Source: Nitrososphaerota archaeon (GTDB lineage Archaea > Thermoproteota > Nitrososphaeria_A > Caldarchaeales > Calditenuaceae). From it: a stretch of DNA of 24,000 bases. The notes under the pieces are model-generated. The model searched no databases and was not told the DNA's origin. It saw nothing but the letters and a program-made list of their open reading frames with translations. The stretch covers positions 1,016,885 through 1,040,884 of the forward strand of contig JBEPYO010000001.1 of assembly GCA_041641295.1 (NCBI GenBank), read 5' to 3'. Below, piece by piece: positions 14,623 through 22,967 of this stretch (position 1 is the stretch's first letter; every line of letters begins with the position of its first letter). The translations under genes and the position numbers were made by a program.

Positions 14623-14651
14623 CGCCATCACATGTCTTAACGGTGATGGCG
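14623..14651. promoter_or_regulatory. 9-bp perfect inverted repeat spanning the start codon of the first DUF131-like gene
   Basis: CGCCATCAC (14623-14631), an 11-nt spacer, then GTGATGGCG (14643-14651). An ATAAGTTAAA box lies about 25-30 nt upstream. Confidence 0.45.
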
Positions 14652-14906
14652 GCGGCTGATGTGCTCCTCCTAACCCTCTCCATCTTTGCCGGATTTCTAC
14701 TGATTTTTGTCGGCGTGCTGCTCCTCCTCTCTGCCTCTCGAGGCGGAGGTGGTGAGGCTAAGGGCTGGGGGGTGATTCTGATAGGGCCTGTACCCATTGT
14801 CTTGAGGGGTAGTGGTGTTAGGGTGGCCGTGATGGTGGCTGCCATCTTCCTGCTGGCGGTTCTGCTCTTCCTGTGGTTTACGGGGGTGCTGAGCCTTGGC
14901 ACCTAG
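14643..14906 (+). CDS. DUF131/TIGR00304-like small membrane protein (paralogue 1)
   Basis: Two TM helices flank GWGVILIGPVPIVLRGSG. Confidence 0.6.
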   Translation: MMAAADVLLLTLSIFAGFLLIFVGVLLLLSASRGGGGEAKGWGVILIGPVPIVLRGSGVRVAVMVAAIFLLAVLLFLWFTGVLSLGT

Positions 14907-15186
14907 GGCAGTCTTCGCCTACACCCTAATCGCCCTCGGACTACTACTCGTAGCCCTACCCCTCATCCTGCTCGCAACAACCGCCTCACAAGGCGAGATG
15001 AAGTCCTTTGGCATAATACTTATCGGCCCAATACCATTGATCCTGAGCAGTGAGAACCCGCTACACTTCCTCGGCTTAGTCGCGGTCTTCCTAATAGCGT
15101 TGGCCGCCATCCTTTTCTTGGCCTTTAGAGCCTACCGAAATCCGCCAGAAGAAGAGGTTGTAGGGTACAATGAATCCTCCACGTAG
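14896..15186 (+). CDS. DUF131/TIGR00304-like small membrane protein (paralogue 2)
   Basis: Same architecture with SFGIILIGPIPLILSSEN. The TTG start overlaps the upstream gene by 11 nt. Confidence 0.6.
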   Translation: MAPRAVFAYTLIALGLLLVALPLILLATTASQGEMKSFGIILIGPIPLILSSENPLHFLGLVAVFLIALAAILFLAFRAYRNPPEEEVVGYNESST

Positions 15187-15335
15187 CGTGTTGGGGGGTG
15201 ACTATAAAAAAGGTGCATCGACTGCCTTTATGCACCCTACGATGATAGCCTTTATATACACCTATCTCTCACCCCTCACAAACCTCTACAATTAGTTGAT
15301 GAAAAAGAAAGAAGGTACTAGGGGAGTGTGCTAAG

Positions 15336-15533
15336 ATGAGGGCTACTGCGAGAAGACCATTCACCTTCGTCGGCTTCCTCCTACAGGTCATAATTAGCAT
15401 GTCACTCTGGCTCCTCTTGACGGCCATAATAGCCTACCTGACACTCAAGTATCTCGGCGTCGAGGTCCCGATAACCGAAGCTATTCTGGGTCTGAGCATC
15501 TCAAAACTCTATGAGCAGGAGTTAGCCGTCTAG
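15336..15533 (+). CDS. Small membrane protein, unknown function
   Basis: ATG with a GGGGAG box upstream, a TTTATATAC box at about 15251 and one or two TM helices. Confidence 0.45.
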   Translation: MRATARRPFTFVGFLLQVIISMSLWLLLTAIIAYLTLKYLGVEVPITEAILGLSISKLYEQELAV

Positions 15534-15667
15534 TTCTCAGTGACGATAATCTCGGGCTTCATAGCCCTAGTAATCGTTTAGGTCCTGTTCTGGAAGGTGA
15601 GAATGTGATAGTACTTGGGGAAACGGATATATAACTATCTCGGCTAGTTAGTGCTTGGTGATAGCGA

Positions 15668-16210
15668 GTGCCGCGTAGAGGCTATCGGGGCAGGGATCGC
15701 GACACATATGTCCCCCTCGTATCTATCCTCATAGCCGCGATGGTCACGTCCGGCGTACTGGCATTCCTCACCAAAGACTGGATCTATGTAACCCTCTGGC
15801 AGGTGCAGACGGGGCCCTCAATAATAGCGCTCAGCCACAATGGTTCAGTGAGCTGGGACGAGTCCGTGGCCTCGAGCTCCAAGACCATAACGTTCACTGC
15901 GTCCGCGAGGCTGTCTTCAGTCGGAGACGTGGGGGTGAGCATGCTGGATCCTGTTTCCCTCAACCTAATGTACGAACCATCTACGATGGTCTTGGAGCTC
16001 CCTCTCCCGATGGCCATAGTGTACCAGCTCGGCTATCCCACAACTAAGCCCATCGAATGCACGGCCCCAGTCTACTATGTCGACGGACAACCACTCGATA
16101 TATGCGAACAATACTTCACCGCCAAGAAAGTGATCACGACCACGAGAACTAGCGTAACTTTCGCGACACCCAACACCGCGAGGCTCACAATAGGAGCAGA
16201 AGATGGTTAA
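15668..16210 (+). CDS. N-terminally anchored extracellular protein, unknown function
   Basis: GTG start about 30 nt downstream of GGATATATAAC. A basic N-terminus is followed by the TM segment VPLVSILIAAMVTSGVLAFL, then a Ser/Thr-rich beta-type sequence. Confidence 0.5.
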   Translation: MPRRGYRGRDRDTYVPLVSILIAAMVTSGVLAFLTKDWIYVTLWQVQTGPSIIALSHNGSVSWDESVASSSKTITFTASARLSSVGDVGVSMLDPVSLNLMYEPSTMVLELPLPMAIVYQLGYPTTKPIECTAPVYYVDGQPLDICEQYFTAKKVITTTRTSVTFATPNTARLTIGAEDG

Positions 16211-16577
16211 ACACGGCTATTTTAAGAGGATGCTTGTCTATGAGCTTGTAAAACCCTTACCGAATAGCGCTAATGTAGAGGTCACGCTATATAAGCCATA
16301 CCAAGTAACAAACTCGTCATATAGGATACTGGGCATTATTGCCTATACTCAGAATGGATAGATAGGTAATGTAATAGCGTCGAGACTACACGATGGCGAG
16401 GAGTGGTAGAAGCAGTGATGTAATAAGGCTAACACTTATTCCTTAAATGCAAGTCAGTCGATAATAGAGGCTGTAAAAGATGATTCTGCTAACTCTTCAC
16501 ACATTCATGGCTTATAGTCGTAGTGAAGAAGGTTGTAAGCGAGCGCATAAATAGAGGCTGGCTGTCTGTTATGGTAG

Positions 16578-16781
16578 TTGAGGAGCTGTCCATACTGCGG
16601 CTCAACACTCACCTTCGATAGGATGGAGAAGATCTACAGTTGCGGCAGATGCGGAGCTGTTCTAACTCTTCAAGAACTGGTCGAGCACAGTGAGAAAGCT
16701 AGGGCTGAGAAGGAGAGGATGCTGAAGGAGAGGAGGAGGCACGAGGAGTACCTCGAGTGGTGGCTCTCGAGCAAGAAATAG
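16578..16781 (+). CDS. Small zinc-ribbon protein with basic coiled-coil tail
   Basis: CPYCGS...CGRCG followed by EKARAEKERMLKERRRHEEYLEWW. TTG start about 28 nt downstream of CATAAATAG. Confidence 0.5.
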   Translation: MRSCPYCGSTLTFDRMEKIYSCGRCGAVLTLQELVEHSEKARAEKERMLKERRRHEEYLEWWLSSKK

Positions 16782-16898
16782 CCGCAGGCGGTAAGGCTGC
16801 CGTCAAACGTCCCCTCCTACTACTATATTTTCAACAAAGTAGCCAAGTAGATGGTCTCAGTCTGTGGCCGATTCTCCTATGCATCTCCCTGCCGGTAT

Positions 16899-16953
16899 GC
16901 GGGAAGGGCTTTATACGCCTAACTCTTCTGGGCCTTTCCCGCCCTTTTCTTTC
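16899..16953 (+). terminator. Stem-loop followed by T-rich run (candidate terminator)
   Basis: GCGGGAAGGGC (16899-16909) pairs with GCCTTTCCCGC (16932-16942). That gives 11 bp with one G.U pair on the + strand only. It is followed by CCTTTTCTTTC. Confidence 0.35.
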
Positions 16954-17001
16954 TACCTCCACCACACTTTCTTCTACTCGCCATATCGCGAGTAGGTAAG
17001 T

Positions 17002-17053
17002 TTGGAGATATTAAAAATTTGTGGGAGGGGAGGCGTGTTGGAGATATTGTGGG
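17002..17053. repeat. Tandem direct repeat TTGGAGATATT(+/-AAAAATTT)GTGGG just past the PLD gene stop
   Basis: TTGGAGATATT occurs at 17002-17012 and 17038-17048. Each is followed by GTGGG (17021-17025 and 17049-17053). The first copy carries an 8-nt A/T insert. Confidence 0.6.
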
Positions 17054-17059
17054 TCGGTT

Positions 17060-17719
17060 TTAAGCCGTGGCTTGGGCCCAAACTCGTTGGAACTCCTTTT
17101 CATAGTCTTCAGCTATCGACGGATCTATTATTATGATTAGGTTCTCGTCGTTTTCGTTTTCTGCTGCGCGGGACCAGTTATAGCTCCCAGTCACGACTAT
17201 TATACCGTCGATAATGGCCACCTTGTGGTGCATTAGGCGCGGGTTCCCGTCTAGCTTGACCTCAATTCCTGCGCCTAGCAGTCGGCCGTATTCGCTTCCC
17301 ATGACGTTTGCCTGCTGGCTCTCAATAACCACCTTGACTTCTACGCCCCTATTCTTAGCCCGTATGAGCGCGTTGGCTATCTCGTCCGAGGTGAAGCTAT
17401 ACATCATGATATACACGCTCTTTGACGCGCCATCAATCAGATCGATTATCAGGCTGGCACAGCTCTGAACTCTGGAGAAGCAGACAGTATCAACCTGCCT
17501 GAGAGAGACAGTCCCATAGGCAGTGACTGTGGACGTTACAGTCTCAATGGATGTGAATGTTACAGTTGTAGGCTGCTCCACCACTATTTTCAGGGTTGTA
17601 GTCGCCCAGGCCGTGGTTGTTGTAGTCGTTGCCGTTCCGGGCTGTGGCCTAACGAGAGTGAGGGTGAGAACCATGAAGAGCAGAACGACTAGGACTACCA
17701 GCCAGGACTGGCGTCTCAT
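17060..17719 (-). CDS. Secreted single-HKD phospholipase D-family (Nuc-like) nuclease
   Basis: MHHKVAIIDGIIVVTGSYNWS matches HxK(x)4D(x)6GSxN. There is an N-terminal signal/anchor WLVVLVVLLFMVLTLTLV and a Thr-rich linker TATTTTTTAWATTT. A CATAAAAG box lies about 25 nt upstream on the minus strand. Confidence 0.85.
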   Translation of the reverse strand: MRRQSWLVVLVVLLFMVLTLTLVRPQPGTATTTTTTAWATTTLKIVVEQPTTVTFTSIETVTSTVTAYGTVSLRQVDTVCFSRVQSCASLIIDLIDGASKSVYIMMYSFTSDEIANALIRAKNRGVEVKVVIESQQANVMGSEYGRLLGAGIEVKLDGNPRLMHHKVAIIDGIIVVTGSYNWSRAAENENDENLIIIIDPSIAEDYEKEFQRVWAQATA

Positions 17720-17949
17720 TCAAGGGATACTCGTGGATTTTTGGCTTTTATGTATTCTATCCGGTCTAGCCTTGACGCGGCGTTTGAAGCGCCTTAAGGG
17801 CGGGCCTGCCCTAGGTCTCGAGTTAACTTTATATAGCGTCGCGTGGTCCTGCTCAATTCGTGATATCCGGTGGTTTAGTTTGGTCGGAGTAGCCGCTTAT
17901 TAGGCGAGGACGTGCCAGCTGCCGCTCTATCTGTGCGGGAATTCTTGGG

Positions 17950-19029
17950 GTGTTTGATGGGTTGTCTGTCCTGAAGAGTGTGTTAGCTAGGCTGGTGGAA
18001 GGGCATAGTCTCTCTGCTGAGGAGGCTGGAGAGGCTTTGAGGGAGATTGTCTCGGGCGGCGCTTCCCAGGTGTTGGTTGCCGCCTTTCTGACTGCGATGC
18101 GTGTCAAGGGTGAGGATGAGGAGGAGCTACTCGGCATGGCTAGGCTGATGAGGGAGCTCTGCGTCAAGGTTGAGCTCAAAGACCCGCGGAGCGCGGTGGA
18201 CATAGTTGGGACGGGAGGTGATCAGGTTAAGACAATCAATGTTAGCACGATCTCCGCCCTAGTCGTGGCTTCTGCGGGTGTTAAGGTTGCCAAGCATGGC
18301 AACAGGGCTGCGACTGGTGTCTGTGGTAGCGCCGACCTCCTCGAGGGGCTTGGAGTCAACATTAACATGGGGCCGGAAGAGGTGAGGAGGAGTGTCGACG
18401 AATGCGGCTTCGGTTTCATGTTTGCCCCGCTTTACCACCCCGCGATGAAGAGTGTGGCCACCATAAGGAGGGAGCTTGGCTTCAGGACGTTCTTCAACCT
18501 CCTCGGACCCCTAACCAACCCCGCAGGAGTGGGCAGGATGCTGGTCGGCGTATCAGACCCCAGATACCTCTCAAAGACTGCTGGAGTCCTGTCGAAGCTT
18601 GGATTGGAGAGGGGGATGGTAGTCTGCTCAAGGGATGGGTTAGACGAGGTTTCCATCAACGGAGAGACGGAAATTGTGTGGATTGAGGGTGGGGAGACTT
18701 GGCGTGAGGTTTTGAGGCCGGAGAGCCTTGGAGTGGAGCCATCAAGCCTCGAGCCAGTCATCGTGAAGTCGCGGGAGGAGGCAATCGAGAACGCTGTAAA
18801 GATTCTACGAGGAGTCCTAAGCCCAAGCGACCCGCGAGTAAAAATGATACTGGTGAACTCTGCGGCGGCTTTGATGCTTGCAGGGGCATGCTCGAGCCTG
18901 AAGGAAGGCGTAGGAGTTGCCAGAGACCTCATATTCGAGGGTGAGGCCTTCGAGACCCTCCGTAGGGTCGTAGAGGTGAGTGGAGGTGACGGAAGGAGGC
19001 TTGAAGAGTATGTCGGGCGCCTCGCGTGA
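17950..19029 (+). CDS. trpD: Anthranilate phosphoribosyltransferase
   Basis: Motifs VDIVGTGGD, AKHGNRA and LGPLTNPA, in trp operon context. GTG start. Confidence 0.95.
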   Translation: MFDGLSVLKSVLARLVEGHSLSAEEAGEALREIVSGGASQVLVAAFLTAMRVKGEDEEELLGMARLMRELCVKVELKDPRSAVDIVGTGGDQVKTINVSTISALVVASAGVKVAKHGNRAATGVCGSADLLEGLGVNINMGPEEVRRSVDECGFGFMFAPLYHPAMKSVATIRRELGFRTFFNLLGPLTNPAGVGRMLVGVSDPRYLSKTAGVLSKLGLERGMVVCSRDGLDEVSINGETEIVWIEGGETWREVLRPESLGVEPSSLEPVIVKSREEAIENAVKILRGVLSPSDPRVKMILVNSAAALMLAGACSSLKEGVGVARDLIFEGEAFETLRRVVEVSGGDGRRLEEYVGRLA

Positions 19030-19804
19030 TTTTTTGCGGCAGCTCTGCGAGGAGGCGCGCAGGCGCGTGGTGGAGGGCTACTACAAGGTCGAAGATGAGG
19101 TGGTGAGCCTCAAGACGGTGGGCAGTCTGAAGAGCTCAATACTTAGCTGTGAGGGAAACGCTGTGATAGCTGAGTTTAAGAGGTCCTCACCTAGTGCGGG
19201 CTCAATCTCTACGGATGCGAGGAGCGACTCAGCAGTGAGGGCTATGGAGAGGGGTGGGGCCTGTGGTATCTCCGTGCTTACTGCGAGGGAGTGGTTTGGC
19301 GGCTCCCTCGAGGACCTGAGACTGGCTAGAGCTTCCTGCGGCCTCCCCATCCTGATGAAGGATGTGGTGGTCTCTGAGGAGCAGATACGGGCTGCACACC
19401 AACTCGGCGCACAGGCCGTCCTCCTAATCCTCCGGGCTTTCAAGCGCGGATATACAGACCTGACGCTGAGCCAAGCAATCAGGACTGCTAGAGACTATTC
19501 TCTCGAGGTACTGCTCGAGGCCTGCAGCAGGGAGGAGCTTTCAGAGGCGGTGTCGACCGACGCTGATATTCTCGGCGTAAATTCGAGAGACCTCTCAACC
19601 CTCAGGGTGGATAAGAGGGTCCACGAGGAGGCGGTTGTGGGCGTGGACCTCGATGATAGGGTTCTGGTGGCTGAGAGTGGTATTGAGACGGCGGAGGATA
19701 TCAGGAGGCTGAGGAGGATAGGCTATAGAGCCTTCCTAGTCGGCACCGCCATAATGAGGTCTGGCGATATTGAGGCTAAGACGAGGGAGCTGGTGATGGC
19801 CTAA
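19010..19804 (+). CDS. trpC: Indole-3-glycerol-phosphate synthase
   Basis: AVIAEFKRSSPSAGSI and the ESGI segment. I prefer ATG 19010 (MSGASRDF), which overlaps trpD by 20 nt, over the track start at 18980. Confidence 0.9.
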   Translation: MSGASRDFLRQLCEEARRRVVEGYYKVEDEVVSLKTVGSLKSSILSCEGNAVIAEFKRSSPSAGSISTDARSDSAVRAMERGGACGISVLTAREWFGGSLEDLRLARASCGLPILMKDVVVSEEQIRAAHQLGAQAVLLILRAFKRGYTDLTLSQAIRTARDYSLEVLLEACSREELSEAVSTDADILGVNSRDLSTLRVDKRVHEEAVVGVDLDDRVLVAESGIETAEDIRRLRRIGYRAFLVGTAIMRSGDIEAKTRELVMA

Positions 19805-20436
19805 TGGCGAGGGTCCGGGTCAAGATATGTGGGATTAGACGGGTGGAGGATTTGAGGGCCGCTGTTGAGGAGGGCGCAGACGCTGTGGGGATGGTCGTGG
19901 GCTTTCCACTCTCACCCCGAAACCTAAGCCTATCTGAGGCGATGGAGGTTCGGAGGAGGGTGCCGGTCTTCGTCGACGCGGTACTTGTCATGAGGGCTGA
20001 TAGCCCTGAAGAATTTAGTGGACTGGTGGAGGAGCTGGAACCTGACGCTATACAGCTCTACGGTCAGTTATCCTTAGCCGAGGCCAGAGACTTGGCACCT
20101 GAATGCATGCTGATAAAGCCTGTAAAGGCGGGCACAGAGCTCGGAGACATCGACCTATCCCAAGCCGATGCCATCCTCTTGGACAGCCACTCGGAAGCCC
20201 TCCCCGGCGGCACAGGCAGGACACACGACTGGCACGCTGCCCGCAGGCTCAGAGAGCAGATAAGCCTCCCCCTAATCCTAGCAGGTGGATTAAATCCATC
20301 GAACGTGTACGAGGCTGTGAGGGTTGTGCAGCCCTATGCAGTGGACGTCTCGTCGGGTGTCGAGTCAGCTCCAGGCGTCAAGAGTAGAGAGTTGATTAGG
20401 GCCTTTATCAAGGCTGCTCTGGGTGAGGAGACGTGA
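19804..20436 (+). CDS. trpF: Phosphoribosylanthranilate isomerase
   Basis: VKICGIRR...[22 protein letters not shown] overlap with trpC. Confidence 0.9.
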   Translation: MARVRVKICGIRRVEDLRAAVEEGADAVGMVVGFPLSPRNLSLSEAMEVRRRVPVFVDAVLVMRADSPEEFSGLVEELEPDAIQLYGQLSLAEARDLAPECMLIKPVKAGTELGDIDLSQADAILLDSHSEALPGGTGRTHDWHAARRLREQISLPLILAGGLNPSNVYEAVRVVQPYAVDVSSGVESAPGVKSRELIRAFIKAALGEET

Positions 20437-21638
20437 TGGCTGGGGGTTATCATCTGCCTGACGGCCGGGGCCGCTTCGGCGCCTACGGCGGCAGATACGT
20501 TCCCGAGACTCTCATGGAGCCACTCATAGAGCTTGAAGAAGCCTACAAGAAGCTCAGGGACGACAAGTCCTTCCGCGAGGAGCTGGACATACTGCTTAGA
20601 GACTACGCGGGCAGGCCAACACCCCTATACTACGCCGAGCGGCTTACCAAAGAGCTGGGAGGCGCAAGGATCTACCTCAAGAGGGAGGACTTAGCCTTCA
20701 CCGGCGCCCACAAGATCAACAACGCGTTGGGGCAGGCTCTCTTGGCTAAGAAGATGGGTAAGACGAGGCTGGTGGCTGAGACTGGTGCGGGGCAGCACGG
20801 CGTGGCTACTGCGACCGTGGCGGCCAGAATGGGGTTCAGGTGCACGATCTACATGGGTGCTGAGGACATGGCGCGGCAGGCAGTGAACGTCTACAGGATG
20901 AGGCTGCTCGGCGCGGAGGTCAGGCGAGTAGACTCCGGATCTAAGACGCTGAAGGACGCCATAAACGAGGCACTGAGAGACTGGGCAACAAACGTCAGGG
21001 ACACCCACTACCTCCTAGGCTCGGCGGTCGGCCCACACCCATACCCCATGATCGTCCGCGACTTCCAGTCAGTAATCGGAAGGGAGATCAGGGCGCAGAT
21101 ACTGGAGAGGGAGGGTAGGCTACCAGACTTGGTTGTGGCTTGTGTGGGTGGTGGAAGCAACGCTATTGGGACATTCTACCCCTTCATAGAGGATAAGGGT
21201 GTCAAGCTGGTGGGCGTCGAGGCGGGTGGGGAGGGGCTGGAGACTGGAAGACACGCGGCAAGCCTCGCGGGCGGCTCACCCGGAATACTTCACGGCATGT
21301 ACTCCTACGTCATGCAGGATGAGCACGGACAGATTAGAACGACACACAGCATATCGGCCGGCCTGGATTACCCGGGGGTGGGGCCCGAGCACGCCTTCCT
21401 GAAGGAGTCGGGCAGGGCAGAGTATGTGGCTGTAGGAGACCGCGAAGCTCTTGAAGCCTTCCTAACTCTCACACGTCTTGAGGGAATCATGCCGGCGCTA
21501 GAGCCAGCCCACGCCCTAGCCTACGTCATGAAGATTGCACCAACCATGCGTAGCGACGACATCATAGTCCTGACACTCTCAGGCCGGGGAGAAAAGGACC
21601 TAGACATTGTTAGCCGAAGTCTGGGTGGATTGTTTTGA
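20436..21638 (+). CDS. trpB: Tryptophan synthase beta chain
   Basis: Motifs [21 protein letters not shown] and [11 protein letters not shown] 20436 overlaps the trpF TGA; GTG 20433 is an alternative. Confidence 0.95.
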   Translation: MAGGYHLPDGRGRFGAYGGRYVPETLMEPLIELEEAYKKLRDDKSFREELDILLRDYAGRPTPLYYAERLTKELGGARIYLKREDLAFTGAHKINNALGQALLAKKMGKTRLVAETGAGQHGVATATVAARMGFRCTIYMGAEDMARQAVNVYRMRLLGAEVRRVDSGSKTLKDAINEALRDWATNVRDTHYLLGSAVGPHPYPMIVRDFQSVIGREIRAQILEREGRLPDLVVACVGGGSNAIGTFYPFIEDKGVKLVGVEAGGEGLETGRHAASLAGGSPGILHGMYSYVMQDEHGQIRTTHSISAGLDYPGVGPEHAFLKESGRAEYVAVGDREALEAFLTLTRLEGIMPALEPAHALAYVMKIAPTMRSDDIIVLTLSGRGEKDLDIVSRSLGGLF

Positions 21639-22441
21639 GCAATATATCAAAGACCTTCAGAGATAGCCTATCCTCAGGCCGCGCCGCCCTCATCGGCTAC
21701 CTAACGGCTGGAGACCCAAGCCTGGAGCAGACGCTGATATATGCTGAGGCGCTGGTGGAGGGAGGGGTCGACATCTTAGAGCTCGGCGTACCCTTCAGCG
21801 ACCCTGTAGCCGATGGAGTAACAATCCAGGCCTCAGCCCAACGCGCACTAGCCGCAGGGACCAAGCTGCTAGATGTCATAAGACTCTCATCCACCATCAA
21901 GAAGTCCCTCGAAACACCAGTAGTAATCCTCTCCTACCTAAACCCGATATACCGCATGGGGTTCAGGAAGTTCTTCGAAGAGGCAGGCTCCTCCGGAGTT
22001 GACGGCGTGGTCGTCCCAGACCTTCCAGTCGAGGAGTCCACAGACTTCAGGGAAGAGGCGCGGAGAGCTGGCGTGGACACGATATTCCTAGCGTCGCCAA
22101 CTACTTCGGACAGCAGGCTGGACCAGATACTCAGGGCCTCGGAGGGCTTCGTCTACCTAGTCTCACTCCTAGGAGTAACTGGTGTGAGGAGAGAGCTATC
22201 CCTAGAGGCCTCGAGGATACTCGAGCGGGTCAAGGCGAGGAAGGAGAGACCCTACGTAGCCGTAGGGTTCGGAGTATCATCCCCAGACCACGTCGCAGCA
22301 CTCGTAAAAAGCGGCGCGGAGGGCGTCATAGTTGGGAGCGCGTTGGTAAAGATAGTCGAGGAAAACCTCAACAACCCCTCAAAATGTTTAGAACAGCTAA
22401 GGCGCTTCGCCACCAGTCTTAAAGAAGCAACCACATTATAG
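21635..22441 (+). CDS. trpA: Tryptophan synthase alpha chain
   Basis: [13 protein letters not shown] and [10 protein letters not shown]. The TTG start overlaps the trpB stop. Confidence 0.95.
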   Translation: MSNISKTFRDSLSSGRAALIGYLTAGDPSLEQTLIYAEALVEGGVDILELGVPFSDPVADGVTIQASAQRALAAGTKLLDVIRLSSTIKKSLETPVVILSYLNPIYRMGFRKFFEEAGSSGVDGVVVPDLPVEESTDFREEARRAGVDTIFLASPTTSDSRLDQILRASEGFVYLVSLLGVTGVRRELSLEASRILERVKARKERPYVAVGFGVSSPDHVAALVKSGAEGVIVGSALVKIVEENLNNPSKCLEQLRRFATSLKEATTL

Positions 22442-22448
22442 CATCTTT

Positions 22449-22886
22449 TCAGGGAATCTCGTCCAGTGGTGTCGGCGCCTCCCTCTCAATGTATGTTATG
22501 TGATGGACCTCTCCCCCCAGCCTAACCATGTGTCGCGACGACTTGGATGGAAGCTTCTTACCAGTTAATCCCGCGTTGATAACCATCTCCTTCGTAACGG
22601 GAGGCTTGTTGTCCCAAGGCAGCACTTCGATCTCAGGCCTCCAATAGTCCACGAAGTATGCGGGGATATGGGTCTTGCCAAGCCTCTTCATGCAGTTATA
22701 CCTGTGATGACCGTCGAGTATCACCTTTGTCTTCGCATCGACGATTATGGGCCTCTTCAACACGCCGTCATTCTTGATCTCTGCTAAAAGCTCCTCCAGA
22801 TGCGCCGGATTATACTCCTCATGCTCCCGCAGCTCCTCAAGCCTGACTAGAACCGGCTTGAGGTTTAGCAGGTCTTCACCAGCCAT
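22449..22886 (-). CDS. ParB/Srx-fold (ParB N-terminal-like) domain protein
   Basis: VILDGHHRYNCMKRLG (DGHHR motif) after LEELREHEEY. 145 aa. GGAGTGA Shine-Dalgarno-like box upstream. Confidence 0.7.
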   Translation of the reverse strand: MAGEDLLNLKPVLVRLEELREHEEYNPAHLEELLAEIKNDGVLKRPIIVDAKTKVILDGHHRYNCMKRLGKTHIPAYFVDYWRPEIEVLPWDNKPPVTKEMVINAGLTGKKLPSKSSRHMVRLGGEVHHITYIEREAPTPLDEIP

Positions 22887-22967
22887 TCTTATTCACTCCT
22901 AAATATGCTCGTATAAAAACCCAAGCCACCCAAGAGATATCAGCCACAAGAAACAGTCTGAGAGAGG

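Noticed and set aside
14537-14902. 121-aa minus-strand ORF
   Set aside because: It is antisense to the DUF131-like gene, whose product has clear TM helices and a conserved loop. The minus-frame product is Pro/Ser/Thr/Arg-rich low complexity.
16919-16984. 21-codon very basic minus-strand micro-ORF (MASRRKCGGGRKKRAGKAQKS) downstream of an AAATTTTTAAT box
   Set aside because: I have no conservation evidence. The same DNA forms an 11-bp stem whose G.U pair works only on the plus strand, which fits a plus-strand terminator better.
16757-16999. 80-aa plus-strand ORF overlapping the end of the zinc-ribbon gene
   Set aside because: It has no start context and no motifs, and it spans a hairpin/T-rich terminator-like region.
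17590-17640. ACN-rich low-complexity DNA as a possible tandem repeat
   Set aside because: It is simply the coding sequence of the poly-Thr linker of the PLD nuclease. It is not an independent repeat element.
17523-18203. ORFs 17523-17903 (+) and 17853-18203 (-)
   Set aside because: They are shadow frames of the PLD gene (poly-Val from the poly-Thr codons) and of trpD. They cross the divergent promoter region.
18222-21402. Assorted antisense or alternate-frame ORFs inside trpD, trpC, trpF and trpB (for example 18432-18932, 19081-19443, 20103-20387, 20691-21008)
   Set aside because: The annotated trp frames carry diagnostic catalytic motifs. The alternatives are Arg/Pro/Ser-rich GC-frame artefacts.
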